From contig CAWCPB010000003.1 in NCBI GenBank assembly GCA_963797415.1, forward strand, positions 237,631-301,630: 64,000 nt of DNA. The letters run 5' to 3'. This document shows, in pieces, positions 34,052 through 44,800 of this stretch; the first letter of the stretch is position 1; every line of letters begins with the position of its first letter. Made by a program: the position numbers and the translations under genes. The notes under the pieces were generated by a model, which saw only the letters and a list, made by a program, of their open reading frames with translations, did no database searches and was not told the origin of the DNA. The DNA comes from an uncultured Acidobacteriaceae bacterium (lineage in GTDB: Bacteria; Acidobacteriota; Terriglobia; Terriglobales; Acidobacteriaceae).

Positions 34052-34404
34052 AGCTCACTGCCTATAGCGTAACGGATCTCGCATGGATGCTCGAACCTAA
34101 ATAGCACCACGGCAAGTTCCATCGACAGTATCGTTCCGCGACTAAGACTACCACCCACTGTCCAGCGAGAGTATTGAAATTCATAGCTTCAAGTTTGCTC
34201 TACTTATGATTCTCTCTCAGCGGTCCCGTCAAGAATCGGCTGGCCCTCGTTGTAATCGAGGACACGGAGTGGACCGGAAAACTCAAACCGGGCCAGACTG
34301 TGCGCCGTTCGCAATCTATTCACAAGCTCAGTAACTCTTCCATCAAGCATTCTTCTAAGAACCCACCAATAGATCCTGAATTGAGGGTCGCATGCCCAGG
34401 TGCA

Positions 34405-34644
34405 CAAGTAGGGAACGGGGCAGCATGGCGACGGCCGGAAAGGTGTCTACCTCGACCGAGGTCATGTCGTGAGTAATCCCGAGTAGGCGCCCTTCGTATT
34501 GAGCGAAGAAACGCGCTGCAGTGGCGGTTCGCCCTCCATTACGACGCATGGCCTGTCCCGTAACTCTGGCCTCAGACGCAAAAGCGTTTGCGCTGGAAAG
34601 CCTTTTGCGTAGAGGCAGGCGTACAACTCGGCGAGTTTCGTCAT
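34405..34644 (-). pseudogene. imuB: ImuB (Y-family polymerase-like) N-terminal remnant
   Basis: MTKLAELYACLYAKGFPAQTLLRLRPELRDRPCVVMEGEPPLQRVSSLNT, then frameshift to RLLGITHDMTSVEV; truncated. Confidence 0.7.
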
Positions 34645-35072
34645 CGGACCCCTGCCCATGTACTTCGGGTGAACCAACTCGCCACAGTTACGCTTTGTGG
34701 CGGCTTGCGAAGCGGAACCTCATTGGATGGAGTCTGCGTGAATCGCCGACGTCCTACTACCAGATGATGCCCGATGCCAGTGAAGACAGTGGTGTCGCCG
34801 TTAGACGGGTTTCCGGGCTGAAAGCGGAGCACCAGCTCTGCGCTGCTCTTCGCGCGGTAGTGCTGGGTCAGGAGAAGAAGCTTGCCTGGGTCTTTTCTGC
34901 GGCTGCGCGATAGCGAAACTATGTTGCCAGTTGCATGCGCGAGACATATTCAGGTGCGATGCTGCCCATGTCCAGGACGATCGCGCTGAAGCCGCCACCC
35001 TGCAAGATCAAATCCGTCGATTGCAGCGCGTGCTCGATCCAATCATCTCCGTGATGGTTTGGAGGATGGCAT
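34641..35072 (-). pseudogene. imuA: ImuA (RecA-like) remnant with internal deletion, stops and frameshifts
   Basis: ATG MPSS.. joined to IEHALQSTDLILQGGGFSAIVLDMGSIAPEYVSR...FRYRAAAEKTQ...KSSAELVLRFQP...; overlaps the imuB start. Confidence 0.65.
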
Positions 35073-35082
35073 CAGCGGATGT

Positions 35083-35097
35083 ATTCGCCTTATATTC
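35083..35097. promoter_or_regulatory. Probable LexA (SOS) box, ATTC-N7-ATTC direct repeat
   Basis: ATTCgccttatATTC lies 10 bp upstream of the imuA ATG. Resembles the GTTC-N7-GTTC LexA site known for Acidobacterium and Alphaproteobacteria. Confidence 0.65.
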
Positions 35098-35236
35098 GCC
35101 TATCGGGTAGGGACTCATCAACTATTCTTGGCACAAAATATCAGAGCATTTGTTGGCTAAGATACACATTTAAAGCGAGATAAATAGTATTGCAGAGGAA
35201 ATCTCGATTCTGGTCACCTAACTACTCACCAATAGC

Positions 35237-35267
35237 GAAACCTCCAAATTCAGGATTTGGAAGTTTC
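35237..35267. terminator. Hairpin downstream of tRNA-fMet
   Basis: gaaacctccaaat-tcagg-atttggaagtttc, 12/13 complementary. Confidence 0.5.
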
Positions 35268-35285
35268 TGATACTGCTTAGGTTAG

Positions 35286-35363
<78 letters not shown>

Positions 35364-35535
35364 CTTTGAATATACTCCTGCAAATTCGGAGGGTCAAACC
35401 TGTCGTTCTCTCGTTACGATGAACAATAGGCTTCCCCTATCGTTCACCGTAACTTTTTATGCGAGATGGCGTTTTGATAATGTAGGAAGTCCGCGTCATA
35501 CCTTGGAATATGGCGCTGGATTGCGGAGGCTTTAT

Positions 35536-36843
35536 ATGCATCTGTATCACCGTTTTCGTGGGTTTGCTCCGTCCGTGGTACTGGCCGGCACAATGCTCTT
35601 GACCGCGCAGGCTGGTTTCAGTCAGCAGCAGAAGGTAGTTTCCGACGCACAAATTGAGGCCAATGTTCTCAAAGCCCTGGCCAGCGACCCTGAGCTAGCC
35701 GACCAGAACGTCACCACGACGACCGTCTATGGAACCGTGACCTTGAGTGGAGTTGTCCGGGACGAGCCTCTGCGCGTCAAAGCCGAGACTCTGGCGTCCC
35801 GAGCCGACGGCGTCAAGAAGGTGATCGATGAGCTAACTCTAGGTACACCAACTCCATCGCAAACTGACGGTTCGTCACAGGTTGGCACGAATCCGAATCT
35901 TCAGTCTGACGGGTCCATGGCACCCAGCCCAGGGCAGCCCAATCAGGCCCCGCCACCTCCAAATGAGGCCCCGCCGCCCCCCAATCAGACAACCGGCACA
36001 CCCAATCCTCAAGATGAGGGTGGCCCCGCCGGCATGCCGCCTCCGCCGAATGGTACTCAGCAACGGCAGCCATACGGGCAGCCCCCACCCTATGGTCAAA
36101 CTCAACCGTACGGGCAACCCCCAAGCTATAGCCAAGCTCAACCATACGGACCGCCTCCTGCGTATAACCAGGGGCCACCGCCGTACGGAGCGCAGCCCGC
36201 TGGAGAAGCGGTGGTCGTTCCCAACGGCACGATGCTTCGCATACGCATCAATCAGGGTCTAGATAGCAGTCGCTCACAGCCAGGAACCATCTTTGACGCC
36301 ACGGTTATTAACGATGTCGCGGCCGATGGAGCCATTGCCATTCCTCGCGGCGCTACGGTCCACGGGACGGTAGTCGCGGCTAAATCTGCCGGTGCGCTAA
36401 AGGGACGCGCCGAAATTCAGGTTCAGTTGACCCAGGTCGTACTGGCCGGCAAGACTTTCCCGCTGACCTCTGATATATGGTCCAGCACAGGCCCGGACAA
36501 GACCGCTCGGACCGTCGATAGCACGCTGGGTTTGAGCGCTTTGGGTGCGATCATCGGGGGCGTGGCTGGCGGCGGCGCTGGGGCGGCCATTGGGGCAGGC
36601 GTCGGTGGTGCAACGGGGCTAGGGGTCTCTGCAGCTTCAGGCGGCGGCCAGGCCCTGGTTCCCCCGGAGGCCATCCTCACCTTCCATCTGATCGAGCCGG
36701 CCCCGGTGACTACCGTCTCACAAGCAGAGATGGATCGTCTCGGCTATGGTGTGCCCGCAGGAACGCAGCCCCGCGTATATCGGCGCTATCCTCCTCCTCC
36801 GCCGCCATATTCCGGCCCGGTGTACTACCCCTATCCATACTAA
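35536..36843 (+). CDS. BON domain protein with Pro/Gln-rich linker, TrbI-like beta domain and glycine zipper
   Basis: SDAQIEANV...GTVTLSGVV...GVKKVIDEL (BON); PYGQ repeats; GAIIGGVAGGGAGAAIGAGVG. Confidence 0.85.
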   Translation: MHLYHRFRGFAPSVVLAGTMLLTAQAGFSQQQKVVSDAQIEANVLKALASDPELADQNVTTTTVYGTVTLSGVVRDEPLRVKAETLASRADGVKKVIDELTLGTPTPSQTDGSSQVGTNPNLQSDGSMAPSPGQPNQAPPPPNEAPPPPNQTTGTPNPQDEGGPAGMPPPPNGTQQRQPYGQPPPYGQTQPYGQPPSYSQAQPYGPPPAYNQGPPPYGAQPAGEAVVVPNGTMLRIRINQGLDSSRSQPGTIFDATVINDVAADGAIAIPRGATVHGTVVAAKSAGALKGRAEIQVQLTQVVLAGKTFPLTSDIWSSTGPDKTARTVDSTLGLSALGAIIGGVAGGGAGAAIGAGVGGATGLGVSAASGGGQALVPPEAILTFHLIEPAPVTTVSQAEMDRLGYGVPAGTQPRVYRRYPPPPPPYSGPVYYPYPY

Positions 36844-37092
36844 ATAAGAGCCGAGAAATTCCCTCATGTCACAGGGTCTGGAGATCGATTCCGGACCCTG
36901 TTTGCTGGGCTGGAATCGCGTCCGCCAGCGCTTCACCAAAATTACACAGCGCAACTGATTTATACTTGTAGCTTGCCCTGCAAACGGCGTGGCATCCGTC
37001 GATTGGACGGTGCCGTACCGCGCAAAATCCCGGGCACGCGATCGCTGTCTCCTTTCAAAACGACAGTGCGCAGTGAAGGTCTTCAACTCAGC

Positions 37093-39072
37093 ATGATTCG
37101 TCTTCTGCAACAGGACAACCGCACCATCAAGATTATCTTTGCGCTCATCATAGGCGCCGCCGTCATCTCCATGGTTGCCTACCTCATTCCGGGCATCGGC
37201 GGCGACATCGGGGCCAGCAATGACGCCACTGTCTTTGCGACCGTTCGCGATCCGGGCGTCTTTGGCCGCATCTTCGGAGAGAGCACTCCTATCAAGACGA
37301 CGGAGGTCAATCAGGTCGCCGCTCGGCAGCTCCAGCAACAGCGTCTGCCCGACTATCTGATGCCTTACATGGAGCAGCGTGCGGCCCAGATGCTGATTCA
37401 GCAGACAATCATGAAGCACGAAGCCGACCGCATGGGCCTTCAGGTCACCGACGAAGATCTGGCTCGCGAGCTCCAGACCGGCGAGTTCTCCAAATATCTC
37501 TTCCCCAACGGCAAGTACATCGGCGACGACGCCTACATGAACTTTGTGCAGGCCGCCTTCCAGACCAGCCGTTCCGACTTCGAAGCCAAATATAAGGAGC
37601 AGATGGAGCTGAACCGGTTGCAGGCGCTCATTACAGGTGGTGTTTACGTCTCTGACTCCGCCGTCCGTGACGCTGCACGCGCTCAGGGCGCCAAGGTGAA
37701 GTTCGACTACGCCGTCATCTCCGGCGACGATCTGGGTAAGACCATCAACCCCACCGACGCGGAGTTGCAGAACTTCTTCAAACAAAACCAGGCTCGCTAC
37801 GCAACTGCCATGCCGGAGACCCGCAAGATTCAGTACATCTCCTTCGGCATTTCCAATCTGCCTGGTGGCAAGCCGCAGGTAACGGATGCCGAGTTGCAGA
37901 CCTATTACAACCAGCATCAGGACCAATTTGAGGTCAAGCCGCAGGTTAAGGTCCGTCACATTCTCATCACTGTTCCTCCTGGTGCAGACGCCAAGACCGA
38001 TGCCGCTGCCAAGTCAAAGGCCGAAGACCTGCTGAAGCAGATCAAGAACGGCGGCAACTTTGCCGAACTCGCCACCAAGAATTCCGACGACCCTGGCAGC
38101 AAAACCCAGGGCGGAGAACTCGGCTGGCTCGATCCGGGCAAGACCGTCCCAGAGTTCGATAAGGCAGCCTTCTCACTCTCGCCCGGCCAGACCTCCGGCG
38201 TGATCAAGACCCAGTTCGGTTATCACATCCTGCAGGTCGAGGATAAGAAGACTGCGCATAAGCGTTCTCTTGAAGAGGTGAAGTCGGAGATACTCCCGGT
38301 GCTTGAGCAGCAGAAGGCTGGCGCAGCCGAGCAGAACTTCGCCAACCAGATCGCCGCCCAGGCAAAGCAGCAGGGTCTCGACAAGGCCGCTGCCGCCAAG
38401 GGCCTGCATGTCGTCAGTACAGACTTTGTTCCCCAGAATGGGATTATCCCGGGTCTCTCGGACGGCGCCCCCCTGCTTGCTCAGGCCTTTACCGCCACGA
38501 AGGGTGGCGCGCCTGCGGCAGTTCCCACCTCGGATGGCTTCGCCATCTTCCAGGTTGTCGACATCAAGCCTGCCCATGCGCCGGAGTACGCAAACTATAA
38601 GGCCAATATCCTTATCGACTACCGCGCCCAGCAGGTCCCTCAAATGCTCAACGCGCAGCTCAATAAGCTCGATGATCGCGCCAAGGTCCTCAACGATCTG
38701 AAGAAGGCTGCAGCCGAGATGAACATCCCCGTTAAGACCAGTGACTTCGTTGGCCACGATGGTCAGGTCCCTGATCTCGGTGCCATGGCGGGTCCGGCGT
38801 CCGTTGCCTTCACGCTGCCTAAGGGAGCAATTACCGGCCCATTGAATCTTGGGGACAAAGGTGCCGTCATAAGCGTGCTCGACAAGCAGGAGCCGACCGC
38901 CGACGACATCGCTAAAAACTTCGACCAGACCCGCGAACAGCTTCTCAACGCCCAGCGCGAAGAGATATTCCGCATCTACATCGGAACTCTGGCAGAGAAG
39001 TACCAGAAGAGTGGAGCGGTGGTCTTCTCGAAGAAGCCCGCCTCCACCCCGGGCTCACCTCTCGGCAACTAA
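37093..39072 (+). CDS. PpiD-like peptidyl-prolyl isomerase (SurA N-terminal + rotamase)
   Basis: N-terminal TM; VRHILI, FAELATKNSDDPGSKTQGGELGW, VPEFDKAAF, TQFGYHIL. Confidence 0.9.
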   Translation: MIRLLQQDNRTIKIIFALIIGAAVISMVAYLIPGIGGDIGASNDATVFATVRDPGVFGRIFGESTPIKTTEVNQVAARQLQQQRLPDYLMPYMEQRAAQMLIQQTIMKHEADRMGLQVTDEDLARELQTGEFSKYLFPNGKYIGDDAYMNFVQAAFQTSRSDFEAKYKEQMELNRLQALITGGVYVSDSAVRDAARAQGAKVKFDYAVISGDDLGKTINPTDAELQNFFKQNQARYATAMPETRKIQYISFGISNLPGGKPQVTDAELQTYYNQHQDQFEVKPQVKVRHILITVPPGADAKTDAAAKSKAEDLLKQIKNGGNFAELATKNSDDPGSKTQGGELGWLDPGKTVPEFDKAAFSLSPGQTSGVIKTQFGYHILQVEDKKTAHKRSLEEVKSEILPVLEQQKAGAAEQNFANQIAAQAKQQGLDKAAAAKGLHVVSTDFVPQNGIIPGLSDGAPLLAQAFTATKGGAPAAVPTSDGFAIFQVVDIKPAHAPEYANYKANILIDYRAQQVPQMLNAQLNKLDDRAKVLNDLKKAAAEMNIPVKTSDFVGHDGQVPDLGAMAGPASVAFTLPKGAITGPLNLGDKGAVISVLDKQEPTADDIAKNFDQTREQLLNAQREEIFRIYIGTLAEKYQKSGAVVFSKKPASTPGSPLGN

Positions 39073-39091
39073 GATTACACATACCTTATAC

Positions 39092-39137
39092 AAGGGTCTG
39101 TCCCTGAACCGTTCGCGGCAAGGGGTAGGCCCTTTTA
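39092..39137 (+). terminator. Hairpin + T-tract after PPIase gene
   Basis: aagggtctgtccct...aggggtaggccctttt (G-U containing stem). Confidence 0.5.
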
Positions 39138-39209
39138 TCTTGCAGCACAGTGATGCGGTTCAGGCATCATAGGGTTCAAGGCAGCTTTTGAAGCAGCACC
39201 AGGGGGAGT

Positions 39210-40757
39210 ATGAGCGCGGCACCGGCCAGTCAGGATCGACTATCAGGAATTCTGCTTCATGTAACCTCACTTCCTTCTTACGGTGGCGTCGGCGACTTCG
39301 GTCCGGCCGCGTACGCCTTTGTCGACTTTCTCGGTGCTGCAAAGCAGCGTCTCTGGCAGGTACTCCCTCTGAGTCCCACTGGATTCGGCAGCTCGCCCTA
39401 TTCGGCTCTCTCCGCCTTCGCCGGCAATCCACTCCTTATCAGCATGGAGCGCCTGGCGGAAGAAGGCTGGATCGCTCACGACCTCATCAGAGGATTGCCT
39501 GGCCACGAAGGGCCCGCCGACTTTGTAGAAGCCATGCGACTCAAGCTCCCTCTCATCGAGGAGGCCGCCGCCAACTTCCTCGATCGCGCCAAAGACGAAC
39601 AGCGCGCTCACTACCAGAAGTTCTGTCAGGACAACCTCTCGTGGCTCCCTGACTATGCCATGTTCAATGTGCTCCGCCGTCGTTTCGACTACACCAGTTG
39701 GAACGAGTGGCCTGCGGAGTACGCCCGCCGCAAGGACGATGCACTGACCGCTATCCTGAATAACGACGCCCGCGCCCTGGCCATCGAGCAGGCCATCCAG
39801 TTTTTCTTCGATCAGCAGTGGTGTGCCCTTAAGGCCTATGCCGCTGAGCGTGGCATCCGCATCCTTGGCGACGTCGCCATCTTCGTCAACTACGACAGCG
39901 CCGATGTGTGGACTCACCCCGAGGTCTTCGAGCTTGACGATCAGCTCCGTCCCACCCGCGTCTCAGGTGTCCCGCCCGACTACTTCTCCGCTACCGGCCA
40001 GCGCTGGGGCAACCCACTCTACAAGTGGGGCCTGCTCCGGGAGCGCGGCTTTGATTGGTGGGTAGCACGCATTCGCCGCAGCCTGACCCTCTACGACTCG
40101 ATCCGACTGGATCACTTCCGCGGCTTCGAAGCCTTCTGGTCCATCGCCGCCGAAGAGGAGACGGCGATCAACGGCCAGTGGGTAAAGGCACCCGGCCTTG
40201 AGCTTTTCCAGCGCCTCAAAGACGTGTTCGGCGAACTCCCCTTCATCGCCGAAGATCTCGGTCTCATTACAAAGGACGTCGACGAACTTCGCGAGCACTT
40301 CAACATGCCCGGCATGCGAGTCCTCCAGTTTGGCTTTTCCGACCGCGGCGCGCACATCCACTTGCCCCACCGCTTCGTCCCCAATACTGTCACTTACACC
40401 GGTACTCATGACAACAACACCACGCTGGGCTGGTGGCGCGACGATCTCAATCCTGAAGAGCGTACCAATGTGCAAAATTATCTCCAGGCCATCCACCATG
40501 AGGGCGACATCGTCTGGGCTATGGTGCGAGCCGCCGCCCGCTCTGTCGCCTATCTCTGCATCTTCCCATTGCAGGACGTCCTGCACCTCGGCAGCGAAGC
40601 CCGTATGAACACCCCCGCCGCCGGAGCAGGGAACTGGACCTGGCGTTACCATCCCCACGCCCTCCATCCTGACTTTGCCGCTCAGCTAGCCTCCCTGATG
40701 GAGATGACCGATCGCGATGACTATAAAGCTCCCGCTCCCGAGACCATTACATCGTAG
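39210..40757 (+). CDS. malQ: 4-alpha-glucanotransferase (GH77)
   Basis: SGILLHVTSLP, WQVLPL, GVPPDYFSATGQRWGNPLY, RLDHFRGF, IAEDLG, YTGTHDN, RMNTP...NWTWR. Confidence 0.95.
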   Translation: MSAAPASQDRLSGILLHVTSLPSYGGVGDFGPAAYAFVDFLGAAKQRLWQVLPLSPTGFGSSPYSALSAFAGNPLLISMERLAEEGWIAHDLIRGLPGHEGPADFVEAMRLKLPLIEEAAANFLDRAKDEQRAHYQKFCQDNLSWLPDYAMFNVLRRRFDYTSWNEWPAEYARRKDDALTAILNNDARALAIEQAIQFFFDQQWCALKAYAAERGIRILGDVAIFVNYDSADVWTHPEVFELDDQLRPTRVSGVPPDYFSATGQRWGNPLYKWGLLRERGFDWWVARIRRSLTLYDSIRLDHFRGFEAFWSIAAEEETAINGQWVKAPGLELFQRLKDVFGELPFIAEDLGLITKDVDELREHFNMPGMRVLQFGFSDRGAHIHLPHRFVPNTVTYTGTHDNNTTLGWWRDDLNPEERTNVQNYLQAIHHEGDIVWAMVRAAARSVAYLCIFPLQDVLHLGSEARMNTPAAGAGNWTWRYHPHALHPDFAAQLASLMEMTDRDDYKAPAPETITS

Positions 40758-40783
40758 CGATATTACCTGGGCGGTGGCACGAT

Positions 40784-41183
40784 ATGCCTGACATAGACGA
40801 CGATCCAAGAACCTACTTTGCCGAAGAGCGAACCTTCCTCGCCTGGATCCGGACCGGCCTCGGGCTCATGGGCGTCGGTTTCGCGGTCGCACGCTTCGGC
40901 CTCTTCCTACGCCAGTTTCAGGAACAGCAGGTGCTCGTCTTCCATTCCTCTGCCCAGACCATCGTCCACTCCACCGGTGCATCCGTCTACGGCGGTGTTG
41001 CCTTGGTGGCACTCGGCACAATCGTCAACGTCGGTTCGATAGCCCGACACGTGCATGTCACGCCGCGAACTCAAGTTCCACACCTGGACCTCCGGGCGGC
41101 TTTCATGGGGCGCCATCCTTCTCGCCCTGATCCTTTCCATCTTCGGCGTCGGCATCGGCGTTTATCTACTTCTCTTACGCTGA
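40784..41183 (+). CDS. YidH/DUF202 family membrane protein (frameshift near 41060)
   Basis: DPRTYFAEERTFLAWIRTGLGLMGVGFAVARFGLF. After the shift the third TM ends GVYLLLLR*. Confidence 0.85.
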
Positions 41184-41264
41184 CAAATCCTAAGAGCAGC
41201 CGGATCTTGAGCGTCGTTCTCGTCCCTCTTGAGGGCAAGCGAAAAGGGGCGACAGCCAAAGACC

Positions 41265-41533
41265 GGTCAAGCCCCAAAGTCACGAAATCCCGCGCCAGTC
41301 CTGCAAATTCTCTTGGCGTACTAGTTTCACTCCATCCGGTATACTTGGATATAGAGATCAAAAGACCCCGGCGGACGCCGGGGCTTTTTTACATGAGAAA
41401 GAAAAAAACAGCTAAGCCCTTTGGCTGCACAAATTTAGCGATAACCCCTTTAGAATGACATTTTTGCAGGTGCTACCCACCCGTAAGCCCATCATTACAA
41501 GTAATTTATCGCCAAGATAGGGGAGGGGGAGGG
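41265..41533 (+). repeat. Repeat element A, copy 2
   Basis: ggtcaagcccc; tggcgt 41314; tatact 41340; hairpin ccccggc-ggac-gccgggg + T6; 27-bp units 41412-41438, 41441-41467, 41483-41509; G-tract 41520-41533. Confidence 0.8.
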
Positions 41534-41677
41534 TCTCTTCTCCTCACAGATAAAAGCCGAATCATAATTGCTACACCCTCCGCCAAAAAGCTGACGGCTC
41601 AGACCGCCCGTTTGTTTCGAAGTAGACAGCCCAGCATTTCGTCTTTGTCTGTTCTCTTTTTTGAGTACAGTAATCCC

Positions 41678-42883
41678 ATGCCACAACGTACCCGCAGAGA
41701 CTTTCTAACCACCTCTGGCACACTGCTCGGAGGCGCGACGCTCTCCAGCATAATGCCACAAAAATTGGCCGCGGCCACTCAAAAAGAGCCGGAGGACTTC
41801 ATCATCGTCGAAGGCCATCGAGATATCTGGGAGTTCAACGGGCGCTTCGCTCTCAGCGATCCGAAGCAGTGGAGCCCGCTGCGCGACTTCATCGCGCCGC
41901 GGCTGATTGCGGGTGGGTACAGCGTCGTCATTATGCCCTGCGGAGGCGATTCGATCGCCGAACGCGGCGATCGCGATCCGCTGTTTGAGGGTTCGATGCG
42001 GACGCTGGACATGTTGCTGACCGAGGTCGAAAAGACCAATGGCAAGGTGAGCATCATCCGCACGAAACAGGACGTACCGGACAAGCCCGCTCACGGCCAT
42101 GTGCAAATTTTTCTCGACATGGAGGGAGGCGCGTCGCTGCAGGACAATGAGCCCGAGCCTGGCTATAACCCGGAGCGGTACATGGCTTTACTGCGGCAGT
42201 TCTTTCGCCTGGGCATGCGCGGCTTGCAGCTTACCCACAATGGGCGGAACATGTTGGGGCAGGGGGTGGGGGAGGGCCACATGGGCCAGCGGCTCTCGGA
42301 GTTTGGGGTTGCCGTCGTCAGGGAGATGAACTGCCTGGGCATGATGGTTGGGGTGTCGCATCTGGCGGGCAATGGCGTGCTGCATGCCTGCGAGGTGTCG
42401 ACGAAGCCGGTTGTATCGACGCACCAGAACGTGCATCCGTTCCTGAATACACCGCTGGAGTTGACGGACGAAGAGGTAACGGCGATTGCGAAGACTGGCG
42501 GTATCGTTGGTATTCGATATATCGTCGGCGTTACTCCGTACAAGATGCTGGGCGATGAGGTGGAGTATCTCGCCAAGAAAATTGGGCCGGAGCATATTGG
42601 GGTGGGGTGGCTGGGTCACGATGTCGGTAATCCCGATCCGCACTTTATTCCCGGCTACTCGAAGGGTCAGACTTTCAGCGGCGTTGAGGCTGAGACGATG
42701 CGCCGTCATTGGGAGAACTTTCTTACGATGCTCTCGGAGCGAGGCTTTACCGACCAGCAGATCGGTATGATCGTCGGCGGAAACTACCTGCGGATATGGA
42801 AGGATATTCTGCCCGATCGTGAGCCTCCGTCGACGACGGGTTGCCCGGTGTATGAGCCGGGTAAGGACCTGCCGAAGGGGTAG
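41678..42883 (+). CDS. Membrane dipeptidase (M19, amidohydrolase fold)-like enzyme with Tat signal
   Basis: TRRDFL signal; EGHRD, DMEGG, LGMRGLQLTHN, LSEFGVAVVREMNCLGMMVGVSH, IAKTGGIVGI, GGNYLRIW. Confidence 0.85.
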   Translation: MPQRTRRDFLTTSGTLLGGATLSSIMPQKLAAATQKEPEDFIIVEGHRDIWEFNGRFALSDPKQWSPLRDFIAPRLIAGGYSVVIMPCGGDSIAERGDRDPLFEGSMRTLDMLLTEVEKTNGKVSIIRTKQDVPDKPAHGHVQIFLDMEGGASLQDNEPEPGYNPERYMALLRQFFRLGMRGLQLTHNGRNMLGQGVGEGHMGQRLSEFGVAVVREMNCLGMMVGVSHLAGNGVLHACEVSTKPVVSTHQNVHPFLNTPLELTDEEVTAIAKTGGIVGIRYIVGVTPYKMLGDEVEYLAKKIGPEHIGVGWLGHDVGNPDPHFIPGYSKGQTFSGVEAETMRRHWENFLTMLSERGFTDQQIGMIVGGNYLRIWKDILPDREPPSTTGCPVYEPGKDLPKG

Positions 42884-42892
42884 TTCAGTTTT

Positions 42893-44780
42893 TTACGTCA
42901 GTTGAGCGACCGCTCGTTGCGCCTCGGCTATCGACGCGCGATGGTCCATGATGCCGGAGAGATCAGAGTTGGCGAATGCGATCCGATGAAACGGTTCGCG
43001 GCGGAGAATTTCGCGCGGGGCGGGTTTGTTCTCTGTGCCGAAGAAGAATCCCGGTTGGGCGACCAGATAGGCGTGACCCCAGCGGTTCAGGATGATGCCG
43101 CCGATGTCTTTTTTGGCGTCGAAGCCCCAGCGGGAGAACATTGCGCTGAATTGTTCGCGCAGGGTTCGCTCGTATTCGGAGAAGGGCGTGCTGAGCAGCT
43201 TCATGCGGCCCTGGGCGGCTTGTTGGGAGAGGGGCAGGCCCGGTTCGGTGAAGTAGATCTTCAGTGTGATTACGGTTGGGGAGTCCGGGGTGATGGTTGG
43301 CCCGGCGTAGCCGAAGGTCGGCATCCTTCGCAGTGCGAAGGATTCTCCCAGGCCTTCGTACCATTTGCATTGGCTGATGTCTGCCTTGGCGAGGAAGCGC
43401 CAGTTGGTGAGAGCTATGTTTGCTACCAAGCATGGCATGCGGAAGAACTGCTGGTACGCTTCGCGCTGTGCTGGCGGGTAGATCCTCGATCGTGCGCCAT
43501 GTGGGCCAGCCGCCTGCCATGACTACGGAACGTGCCCGGATGCGATGGCGCTTTCCTTCGTGCATGTAGAGGATGCCTACGTTCTTCGCCAGAGCGGGAT
43601 CGCCTTCGTGTTTGACCGCGAATACGGTTGAGCCGAGGCGAATGCGGACTGGTTGATGAGGGCGGTCGAGTGCTTTTAAGTTGATCGATGCACGGCAGAC
43701 GCCGTTTAGCGTAAGGGGGCCGGGGATCGCGTCGGGGATGAGTGCTTTTACCTGGTAGCGCGCTATGCCGGTGTTGCCGCCGGGAAACATCTGGCTGCCT
43801 TGGCTGGTGTCCCACGGAAACATGAGGTCGGGAGCGGCCTCGGCGACTGCGGAGATCACGTCGGCGGATGCTCCGGCGCCTGAGGAGGCGTAGGGCATGT
43901 AGGTGCGGATCGTCTCGCGGGTGAGGCCGTCGCGCTGGATGAAGAAGTCTTCCTGGGTCATCCGGTCTAAACGGTGACATGCTTCGTCGCCCCACGCTTT
44001 GGGGTCTAGTTCGGGGATCTGTTTAGGCTTGCTTGCAGCGAGTAGTTGATGCTTCACGTCTGCGGGGAAGGGAGTTCCGTCCAGCTTCTTGCCCCAGGGG
44101 TCCGTGACCCAGAGGCCTTCGGGATGCCCGAACATCTTTCCGAAGTACATGCCCATGTTCTTTCCGGTTCCTGCGTAGGAGGTCTTGGCTACATGGATGT
44201 TCTCTGCGCCGCCTGCCTCCGTCTGGTAGTCGAGGCCTTTGCCGTCGAATCCGATGGAGTCGTAGAAGGCCTGGAGGGCAGAACCCTTGAGGGTGGGGAA
44301 GAACATTGCCGAGCCTTGGGGTGCGATCAAGTGATGGCCGTCTACTTCGAACTCATTTCTGCGCGCTTCGCCGCCGAAGATCTCGTGGTTTTCGAGGATC
44401 AGGCAGGTGCCCTGCTTGTTGCGTTCGACAAATGTCTGGGCCGCCGCCAGTCCGCTGATTCCGCCTCCGACGATGACGCAGTCGTAGGTCTCTTCGACCA
44501 CGTCGTCGTCACGGAAGGACATGTTGTAGAGTCCGTCGCGTATTCCGTGGCCGGCGGTCATCACCGAATAGGTGTTGCCGTTCGAGCCTTTGTAGTCGCC
44601 TATGCCGCTGTATCCGTCCCAGTCAGCGGCGGTGAGGCCGGCCTGGGCGGCGGCTATTGGTTGGGGGGAGATGTGGTCCTCCCGGGTGATGTGCTGATCC
44701 ATCCCGAGGAGATGATCTGGAGTGGCGGCGTAGCCGGCTGCGAGGGCAGTGGACGCCTTCAAGAATTTTCTGCGATCCAT
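42893..44780 (-). CDS. Tat-exported FAD-dependent oxidoreductase, spermidine dehydrogenase (SpdH)-like (frameshift near 43465)
   Basis: MDRRKFLK; YDCVIVGGGISGLAAA, LENHEIFGGEARRNEF, FPGGNTGIAR, VANIALTNWR, ILNRWGHAY, RIAFANSD. Confidence 0.8.
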
Positions 44781-44800
44781 GATCGATTCCTCCTTGGTTC

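Noticed and set aside
34204-34360. Small ORF fragment (RRMLDGRVTELVNRLRTAHSLARFEFSGP...) in the island
   Set aside because: May be a gene remnant, but no start, RBS or recognisable family could be supported.
41200-41700. oriC at the C-to-G skew switch
   Set aside because: No TTATCCACA cluster, no DUE-like repeats and no dnaA/dnaN nearby.
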